DNA of 64,000 nucleotides. It comes from Escherichia coli (lineage in GTDB: Bacteria > Pseudomonadota > Gammaproteobacteria > Enterobacterales > Enterobacteriaceae). Shown here piece by piece: positions 57,456 to 64,000 of this stretch. The notes under the pieces are model-generated. The model did not search any database, had not been told where the DNA came from, and saw only the letters and a program-made list of their open reading frames with translations. The DNA is taken from the NCBI RefSeq assembly GCF_024223415.1, contig NZ_CP100500.1; one strand, given 5' to 3'. A program made the translations under genes and the position numbers. Every line of letters starts with the position of its first letter. The stretch's first letter is position 1.

Positions 57456-60013
57456 CGTCCACCTCCGGAGAACAGACCACCATCACGCATCTGTGTCTGA
57501 ATTTCATCACGGGCACCCTTGCGGGCCATGTCATACACCGCCTTCAGCATCTGTGGACCTGGCAGACCATTCGTACCGTCGTTCTGAATCACCACGTTGT
57601 TGTTCTGCTCAAACCTGATACCCTCTGAACGCCGCATTTGTGCCGGACTTCCGGTGCCACCGACATAACCACCAGTGGCATAGCCGCGCATCAGCCGGTA
57701 GAGATTTCCCACGCCAATCCGGCTGGTTGCCTCCTTCGTGAAGACAAACTCACCACGGTGAACAATCCCCGCTGGCTCATATTTGCCGCCGGTTCCCGTA
57801 AATCCCCCGGTCGCAAAATGGAATTTTGCCGCAGCAGCCTGAATGGCTGTACCGCCTGACACTGATGCGCCACCACCGGCAGCACCGCCAATGACGCTGC
57901 CGATACTCCCGACAATCCCCACCATTGCCTGCTTAAGCAGAATTTCTGTCATCATGGACAGCACGGAACGGGTGAAGCTGCGCCAGTTCTGCTCACTGCC
58001 GGTCAGCATCGCCGCCATATTCTGTGCAATTCCATCAAAGGTCTGCGTGGCTGCACTTTTTACCTGCGACATACTGTCCGTGGCGCTCTCTTCCCACTCA
58101 CTCCAGCCGGACTTCAGGCCTGCCATCCAGTTCCCGCGAAGCTGGTCTTCAGCCGCCCAGGTCTTTTTCTGCTCTGACATGACGTTATTCAGCGCCAGCG
58201 GATTATCGCCATACTGTTCCTTCAGGCGCTGTTCCGTGGCTTCCCGTTCTGTCTGCCGGTCAGTCAGCCCCCGGCTTTTCGCATCAATGGCGGCCCGTTT
58301 TGCCCGTTGCTGCTGTGCGAATTTATCCGCCTGCTGCGCCAGCGCGTTCAGGCGCTCCTGATACGTAACCTTGTCGCCAAGTGCAGCCAGCTGGCGTTTG
58401 TACTCCAGCGTCTCATCTTTATGCGCCAGCAGGGATTTCTCCTGTGCAGACAGCTGGCGACGTTGCGCCGCCTCCTCCAGTACCGCGAACTGACTCTCCG
58501 CCTTCCACAAATCCCGGCGCTGCTGGCTGATTTTCTCATTTGCTCCGGCATGCTTCTCCAGCGTCCGGAGTTCTGCCTGAAGCGTCAGCAGGGCGGCATG
58601 AGCACTGTCTTCCTGACGATCGCCCGCAGACACCTTCACGCCGGACTGTTTCGGCTTTTTCAGCGTCGCTTCATAATCCTTTTTCGCCGCCGCCATCAGC
58701 GTGTTGTAATCTGCCTGCAGGATTTTTCCGTCTTTCAGTGCCTTGTTCAGTTCTTCCTGACGGGCGGTATATTTCTCCAGCGGTGTCTGCAGGCGTTCGT
58801 AAGCCTTCTGCGCCTCTTCGGTATATTTCAGCCGTGACGCTTCGGTATCGCTCTGCTGCTGCGCATTTTTGTCCTGTTGACTCTGCTGCTCAGCCTTCTT
58901 TCGGGCGGCTTCAAGCGCAAGACGGGCCTTTTCACGATCATCCCAGTAACGCGCCCGCGCTTCATCGTTAACAAAATAATCATCCTTGCGCAGATTCCAG
59001 ATATCGTCCGCTTTCTTAAACGCGGCCTCTGCCTTAATCAGCATCTCCTGCGCGGTATCAGGACGACCAGTATCCAGCACCGCATCCCACATGGATTTGA
59101 ATGCCCGTGCTGTCCTGTCTGCCCAGGTTTCCAGCGTGCCCATGTTCTCTTTCAGGCGGCGGGTCTGGTCATCAAACCCTTTCGTTGCGGCCTCGTTCGC
59201 CGCCTGCAATGCCCCTGCCTCATCGCCGGAACGCTGCAACTGAGCAACATACGCAATCTGCTCCGCCGTCACGTTATGGAACTGGCGCGCCATCGCCGTC
59301 AGCCCCGACGTCGGGTCTGTGGTCAGCTTCCCGAAGGCTTCAGCGACCTTGTCCACCTCCACGCCGGATGCAGAGGAGAAACGCGCCACACTCTGGCTGA
59401 TGGACGCAATCTGAGCCTCACCGCTTACCCCCGCCTTAACCAGTGCGCTGAGTGACTCGCTGGTCTGGTTAAACGTCAGCCCTGCCGCCTGCCCGGCTCT
59501 GGACAGGACCAGCATACGATCTGCCGTCAGTCCCGCCTGATTGCCGGAAAGGACCAGCGTTTTGTTGAAATCGGACAGGGTTGAGTTGCCCTGATACCAG
59601 GCATACGCCAGCGCACCGGTCGCCACCGCCAGCGAGGTGGCCCCGACCATCGGCAGGGTGATCGCACCGGCAAGCCCCCTGAACATGGGGATCATCCCGC
59701 CGAAGGAGTCCTTCACCTGACCACCCTGTTGCAGCAGGATCAGCCACGGACTCTGCCCGCCTGCAAGCTGTGTGGCCACGTCGGTGAACTGTGCAGGCAG
59801 CATACGCATGGCGGCTTTATACTGTCCGACGGAAATCCCCGCTTTCTGTGCAGCCAGCGCCTGCCGGTTCATTGACTGTTCAACGACTGCCGCTGTTTTT
59901 TTCGCATCACTTTCCGTACCGGAAAAATGACGCCTGACTCTGGCCATCTGCTCGTCAAACCTGGCCGCATCCAGACTTAAATCAACGACCAGATCGCCTA
60001 CCGGTTCAGCCAT
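57452..60013 (-). CDS. H: tail tape measure protein H
   Basis: 853-aa ORF, same length as lambda gpH; matches recalled sequence over most of its length. Confidence 0.93.
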   Translation of the reverse strand: MAEPVGDLVVDLSLDAARFDEQMARVRRHFSGTESDAKKTAAVVEQSMNRQALAAQKAGISVGQYKAAMRMLPAQFTDVATQLAGGQSPWLILLQQGGQVKDSFGGMIPMFRGLAGAITLPMVGATSLAVATGALAYAWYQGNSTLSDFNKTLVLSGNQAGLTADRMLVLSRAGQAAGLTFNQTSESLSALVKAGVSGEAQIASISQSVARFSSASGVEVDKVAEAFGKLTTDPTSGLTAMARQFHNVTAEQIAYVAQLQRSGDEAGALQAANEAATKGFDDQTRRLKENMGTLETWADRTARAFKSMWDAVLDTGRPDTAQEMLIKAEAAFKKADDIWNLRKDDYFVNDEARARYWDDREKARLALEAARKKAEQQSQQDKNAQQQSDTEASRLKYTEEAQKAYERLQTPLEKYTARQEELNKALKDGKILQADYNTLMAAAKKDYEATLKKPKQSGVKVSAGDRQEDSAHAALLTLQAELRTLEKHAGANEKISQQRRDLWKAESQFAVLEEAAQRRQLSAQEKSLLAHKDETLEYKRQLAALGDKVTYQERLNALAQQADKFAQQQRAKRAAIDAKSRGLTDRQTEREATEQRLKEQYGDNPLALNNVMSEQKKTWAAEDQLRGNWMAGLKSGWSEWEESATDSMSQVKSAATQTFDGIAQNMAAMLTGSEQNWRSFTRSVLSMMTEILLKQAMVGIVGSIGSVIGGAAGGGASVSGGTAIQAAAAKFHFATGGFTGTGGKYEPAGIVHRGEFVFTKEATSRIGVGNLYRLMRGYATGGYVGGTGSPAQMRRSEGIRFEQNNNVVIQNDGTNGLPGPQMLKAVYDMARKGARDEIQTQMRDGGLFSGGGR

Positions 60014-60440
60014 ACCGGACTCCTCCTGCGATCCCTTCTGATACTGTCATCAGCATTACGTCATCCTCCGTCATGTCCGCCACATCCGGGGATGCAGGGA
60101 TAACTTCATTCCCGTCCGGGCCAAAGCGGACGCCTCCGGCAAGCCCTGCCGCTTTCTGCATCAGCACATCATCTTCAGGCTCTTCGTCAGCCTCGCGCCG
60201 GTTCAGCAGACTGAAATCCAGCGGATGCATATCCGGATCGCTGAAAAACAGGCTGAGCACGGTGTACGTCAGCCCGGAAAAGTGCATATCCAGCAGAACA
60301 TCATGAAAATAATGGGTACTGTAAAAGCGGTGCCAGTCGGCATACTCCGTGGATGACATCCCGGCAAGCATGGCGCGCCAGTCGGGTCGCCCCATCTCAC
60401 GCGCCAGTTTCAGGGCAAAACTCAGCTCACCGTCGAACAC
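60006..60440 (-). CDS. T: tail assembly chaperone T segment (expressed as G-T fusion by -1 frameshift)
   Basis: 144-aa ORF MFDGELSFALKLAREMGRPDWRAMLAG..., lambda gpT-like; overlaps 3' end of G in the -1 frame. Confidence 0.88.
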   Translation of the reverse strand: MFDGELSFALKLAREMGRPDWRAMLAGMSSTEYADWHRFYSTHYFHDVLLDMHFSGLTYTVLSLFFSDPDMHPLDFSLLNRREADEEPEDDVLMQKAAGLAGGVRFGPDGNEVIPASPDVADMTEDDVMLMTVSEGIAGGVRYG

Positions 60441-60844
60441 TTTCCCGCAGAAACAGGCTCTGCAGGCCCGGCGTCATCTGCCTGTTCAGGGGCATTATTC
60501 ACAACAAACTCAGACATTCCGGACAGACGTAACACCACGTTTTCAGCCTGAGCAATTGCCTCCGTGGGCCAGGTGGTAAGCACTTCCTGCTCAATCTGCG
60601 TAATGGCTTCATTCATGGGCAGCAGCTTTGTCTTCTGCGGATGGTTATGCCACAGAGACATCGCCACCAGAAACGCCCCGCCTCTGATAAGATCCTCTAC
60701 AGACACCTGCAGGTTGCCACTGGATTCAGCCTTTTTTTCCTGCTCTTTCAACCAGGCAAGATGCTCAATACGCTGCAGGGCTGACAGTTCAGAAAGCGTG
60801 ACGGTCACGCCGTTATGTTCAAATGATTCGTTTTTCAGGAACAT
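60422..60844 (-). CDS. G: tail assembly chaperone G
   Basis: 140-aa ORF, lambda gpG length. Confidence 0.9.
   Translation of the reverse strand: MFLKNESFEHNGVTVTLSELSALQRIEHLAWLKEQEKKAESSGNLQVSVEDLIRGGAFLVAMSLWHNHPQKTKLLPMNEAITQIEQEVLTTWPTEAIAQAENVVLRLSGMSEFVVNNAPEQADDAGPAEPVSAGKCSTVS
60440..60446 (-). other. G-T programmed -1 ribosomal frameshift slippery site
   Basis: GGGAAAG heptamer on the minus strand, a few codons before the G stop, as in lambda. Confidence 0.8.
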
Positions 60845-60859
60845 CGCTGACTCTCCGGA

Positions 60860-61600
60860 TTAACTGGCGGTGACGTTGATTTCTGCAACCGCAGCAAGTT
60901 CACCATTACCGGATACGACCGGAATGTTGACCCTGCCTGCAGCAACGCCCTTCACGGTGATGGTCATACCACTGACCGACACGGTGGCTTTTGTTTTATC
61001 CGCAGACACCGCACGGAAGCTCTTGTCGGTTGCGCCTTCCGGCTGGAATGCCACGGTCAGCGTGGTGCTCTGCCCTTTCACCACCGAGGTGCTGGCAGGC
61101 GTCACGGTCATGCCGGTTGCCGCTGTTAGCGTGCTGCGATCTTCTGCCATCGACGGACGTCCCACGTTGGTGACTTTCACCGTGCGGGTGATCACTTCCT
61201 TCGCTGTCACCGCCTTACCGATGCTGCTGACCCAGCCGCGGAACACATCGACCGTGCCGTTCGGGAAGCGGATTTTATAGGCACGGGTATCACCTTCATT
61301 AAACCACGCCAGCAGCGCCTGCTGCCCCTGCTCTCCGGGCATCCACGCCAGCGTGAAGCTGGTATCTCCGGCGGATTTCTGCCCCTGTCCGGTCGCGGCC
61401 CAGTCCGAATCTTCATCATCGAGATAGCTGTCGTCATAGAAATCTGCGGTCAGTTCGCCGGGCGTCAGGTCTTTAACTTTAGCCAGACGCGACCAGTCAT
61501 TGTCTGAAAGCGGGTTCGCATAAGGGTCACCGTTCCCCTTATAAACCCACAGTGTGGTCCCGGCCCCTTTCACCGGTGCCAGAGGATTTGGTGTTGGCAT
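60860..61600 (-). CDS. V: major tail protein V
   Basis: 246-aa product from [22 protein letters not shown]...; C-terminal Ig-like domain; the ORF track extends 10 codons upstream. Confidence 0.93.
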   Translation of the reverse strand: MPTPNPLAPVKGAGTTLWVYKGNGDPYANPLSDNDWSRLAKVKDLTPGELTADFYDDSYLDDEDSDWAATGQGQKSAGDTSFTLAWMPGEQGQQALLAWFNEGDTRAYKIRFPNGTVDVFRGWVSSIGKAVTAKEVITRTVKVTNVGRPSMAEDRSTLTAATGMTVTPASTSVVKGQSTTLTVAFQPEGATDKSFRAVSADKTKATVSVSGMTITVKGVAAGRVNIPVVSGNGELAAVAEINVTAS

Positions 61601-61607
61601 ATCGTCC

Positions 61608-62003
61608 TCACATTTCATAGGTAATGACATAAGTCAGATCGGCTGAACTCCACAGGCCCGCATCATCGTCGCGCCGGTAGTCATAGCCACTGGCCACCAT
61701 ACTGGTGATCAAATCTGACAGTGCCGGGATATCGCTCATCACCGGATAAATCCGGGACTCCATCCACGAATCCAGCTCTGAATCCGGCACCTGAGCAGGC
61801 AGGAAAACTTCAATATGCAGCTCCGCCTGCCAGGTATCGCTGTCCAGCTCTTCGCCCGTGTATTCAGCGCCGGTGAGATAAACGGCAACTGCCGGAAAAT
61901 CCGCCTCATCAAAAACAGCGGGGCGACCATCAAAAAACGTCGCCCCGGTGTCATGCTTCTCCAGTGCATCCAGTACGGCTGTACGGATATCAGTATTTTT
62001 CAT
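61608..62003 (-). CDS. U: tail terminator protein U
   Basis: 131-aa ORF, lambda gpU length. Confidence 0.92.
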   Translation of the reverse strand: MKNTDIRTAVLDALEKHDTGATFFDGRPAVFDEADFPAVAVYLTGAEYTGEELDSDTWQAELHIEVFLPAQVPDSELDSWMESRIYPVMSDIPALSDLITSMVASGYDYRRDDDAGLWSSADLTYVITYEM

Positions 62004-62575
62004 CGCTTTATCACAATCCTCAGTTGTTGTTTCAGCGCATAGCTCAGTTCTTTTGGCAGACGTTCGCGTCGGATACGGTTAACGTTCTCATCAAAAGCCT
62101 GTTTCAGTGGGGCCGACATCGGAATTTTCACCACCTGAATGGGAAGACGATTACGCTTTTTCCTTCCCTTATCGTCATTGCCCTTCGCATACCTGGCTTC
62201 TGGCAGACGTTGCATAACATGCCAGCGCCCATTATTCAGTCGCTGGATGAATGCCCGCTGATAACGATGCTGACCGGCTTTGAGTATGCTGTTCGGGCGA
62301 CGTCCCAGCATCCTGATCCCCAGCTTAATCACAGGAAGATCGCCGCGGTTAACGATAATTTTTGCGTTCGGATTTCTGACCGTAGCCCGTTTCAGTCTGG
62401 ATCGCTCTTTAACAAGTTTTCTCGGCACCCGGGTTTCACGGGCGACCTGAGACGAAGACTGATTAATCGCCGTTGTGGCCACGCGGTTAATGGCCATTGC
62501 GGCGGCACCAGGCACCGCCGTTCTGCTGATACGGCTGAGGTTTTCAACGGCCTGCTCAAGACCCTGTATGGCCAT
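62000..62575 (-). CDS. Z: tail completion protein Z
   Basis: 191-aa ORF MAIQGLEQAVENLSRISRTAVPGAAAMAINRV..., lambda gpZ-like. Confidence 0.9.
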   Translation of the reverse strand: MAIQGLEQAVENLSRISRTAVPGAAAMAINRVATTAINQSSSQVARETRVPRKLVKERSRLKRATVRNPNAKIIVNRGDLPVIKLGIRMLGRRPNSILKAGQHRYQRAFIQRLNNGRWHVMQRLPEARYAKGNDDKGRKKRNRLPIQVVKIPMSAPLKQAFDENVNRIRRERLPKELSYALKQQLRIVIKR

Positions 62576-62586
62576 ACATCCCCCTT

Positions 62587-62949
62587 TCAGCGGCGACGAT
62601 TAACGGCAGGCGGTACGCCCCGCCCAAGCCAGAGATGACAGCTTCCGCCATCATCCGGCGAAACCCGGTCTATCCAGAAGTTTTCCTCACCGATGGTCAG
62701 CGTGTCTCCACGCCGCAGTTGCCGCACATCATCAGTCCGGACAAACAGGGACGGGCTGGAGCCTTCAACGCGCACGCCCTGTCCGGCATAGCTGATATTT
62801 TCAGGGTCATCAAAAACACCACGTATTACTGCGCCGGGCTGCTCACCGGATGTAATGGTGGCTGACGTTCCCATATGCCCGCGTATCGTTTCATCAGCCC
62901 GGGCAATGGCTGTATCAAAACCGTTATCCCTGATATTAATAACTTTCAT
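62587..62949 (-). CDS. FII: head-tail connector protein FII
   Basis: C-terminal ~100 aa match lambda gpFII as recalled (...AIARADETIRGHMGTSATITSGEQ...); N-terminus differs; the ORF track extends upstream. Confidence 0.85.
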   Translation of the reverse strand: MKVINIRDNGFDTAIARADETIRGHMGTSATITSGEQPGAVIRGVFDDPENISYAGQGVRVEGSSPSLFVRTDDVRQLRRGDTLTIGEENFWIDRVSPDDGGSCHLWLGRGVPPAVNRRR

Positions 62950-63298
62950 CTGTAACAAGCCCCTCCAGGACAAGTTCCGCAACATTCACTGGATCAACTC
63001 TGACAGTCATACCTGTAACAACAATCTCCATATCACTGTCATCATGCGGATGTTTTCCCGCCACATGCAGGGTTTTGAGTACACGAACAGTGCTCATTTC
63101 ATCCCCGCCAGTGGAGTGGCTATACGTCATCAAATGCCTTTCGTTCTCATCACTCTCCTGGTTTTTGTCCTCTGCTTCCTCTTCCCATTCCGCCACCCGC
63201 TGCGCTATCTCTGCGGCACTCCCGGATATATCCGGCTCACGCCCCAGAATCAGGGCCAGTTCATCAAGCCGTTTCAGATTTTGCTCTTTCGTTGCCAT
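62936..63298 (-). CDS. FI: DNA packaging / head assembly protein FI-like
   Basis: ~120-aa product from MATKEQNLKRLDELA... at the lambda FI position; sequence diverged from lambda FI. Confidence 0.7.
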   Translation of the reverse strand: MATKEQNLKRLDELALILGREPDISGSAAEIAQRVAEWEEEAEDKNQESDENERHLMTYSHSTGGDEMSTVRVLKTLHVAGKHPHDDSDMEIVVTGMTVRVDPVNVAELVLEGLVTDESY

Positions 63299-63349
63299 AT
63301 CAGCCCCCTGTGAAAAAAGACACGGGGGCATTTCGCCCCCGCTCACGGA

Positions 63350-64000
63350 TTATTTCACCTGTACCACCACAAACTCATCCGGGTCCGGCAACACCATCAG
63401 CGGCGCGGACTGCGTCATGGTAAATTCACGGGCGGGATCCCCCACCGTCAGCCAGTGTTTCGGATAACGGGAAGAGGCCACCACTCCTTCAGACAACGCC
63501 TGTGCATCCTGAATGGCACCGTAACAACGGATCCCATCTGCAGCAGTATTCCCCAGGACCAGCGTGCCGTCTGGCAGATAACGTTTTTCGGTACCGTCCT
63601 CTGCCACATAAGACGTTTTCGCCACCACAATGGCCAGATCACCGTAATACCCTTTGAAAGACACCACCGCCCCCAGGTCTTTCACTGCCGTTTCGAGTTG
63701 CGAATTTGAACCGCGACGGGTATCCAGTTTTTCGCGGAACAGCTTAAAACCATTCAGCAGACGCCAGACGGTACCGTCCATAATGGCAATATTCACAAGG
63801 CCGCTGGCCTGGTCGCAGTAGAGGTCAATATCATGCGCAGGATCGAACGTGTCACGATCGTGCTCAGACCATTTTTTACCACTGGCCTGCGTAATGTTAT
63901 TCTTCGTCGACCTGCCAAAATCGACCTCAATTTTCTCGAACTGGTCTCCTTCCATGGTGTATTTGCCATACAGCACGGCATTTACCGCCTGCATTTCTTC
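63350..64000 (-). CDS. E: major capsid protein E (C-terminal part; gene continues beyond window end)
   Basis: 214-aa partial ORF ...AVNAVLYGKYTMEGDQFEKIEVDFGRST...PDEFVVVQVK at the lambda E position. Confidence 0.9.
   Translation of the reverse strand, partial: EEMQAVNAVLYGKYTMEGDQFEKIEVDFGRSTKNNITQASGKKWSEHDRDTFDPAHDIDLYCDQASGLVNIAIMDGTVWRLLNGFKLFREKLDTRRGSNSQLETAVKDLGAVVSFKGYYGDLAIVVAKTSYVAEDGTEKRYLPDGTLVLGNTAADGIRCYGAIQDAQALSEGVVASSRYPKHWLTVGDPAREFTMTQSAPLMVLPDPDEFVVVQVK

Larger units (their letters stand above)
44296..64000. mobile_element. lambdoid prophage, right arm (tail/head late genes plus distal accessory region); continues beyond window end
   Basis: Abrupt loss of K-12 colinearity inside yecE; lambda gene order E-FI-FII-Z-U-V-G-T-H-M-L-K-I-J on the minus strand; accessory genes between J and the junction. 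Confidence 0.9.

Noticed and set aside
44296-64000. Search for integrase, excisionase, repressor or lysis genes to define the prophage type
   Set aside because: None are in the window; only the late and distal part of the prophage is covered, so completeness and inducibility cannot be assessed.

Overview
The window has two parts. (1) Positions 1 to ~44295 are ordinary Escherichia coli core chromosome, colinear gene for gene with the K-12 cspC to yecD region: cspC, yobF, yebO, mgrB, yobH, kdgR, yebQ, htpX, prc, proQ, msrC, letAB (yebST), rsmF, yebVW, pphA, the SdsR/RyeA sRNA pair, yebYZ-yobA, holE, yobB, exoX, ptrB, yebEFG, purT, eda-edd-zwf, hexR, pykA, lpxM, mepM, znuACB, ruvAB, yebB, ruvC, yebC, nudB, aspS, yecD. 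(2) From ~44296 to the window end is the right arm of a lambdoid prophage inserted into yecE, which is truncated after about 32 codons. Its head and tail genes (E partial, FI, FII, Z, U, V, G/T with frameshift site, H, M, L, K, I, J) match phage lambda in order, size and sequence as far as I can recall. The distal end is non-lambda and carries the interesting cargo: an AT-rich lipoprotein moron between I and J; a J variant with a divergent C-terminus and an internal 174-bp tandem duplication; two translationally coupled ORFs and a small Cor-like lipoprotein in place of lom; a collagen-repeat side tail fibre; an Eib-like trimeric autotransporter adhesin; a LuxR/GerE-type regulator with strongly atypical codon usage; a structured non-coding region with intrinsic terminators; and a phage dinI-like gene behind a consensus -35 flanked by two putative LexA boxes, next to phased TGCCCCA repeats at the att junction. 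No integrase, rRNA, tRNA, CRISPR array or IS element was seen. All identifications rest on reading the ORF translations against remembered protein families; no database search was run.
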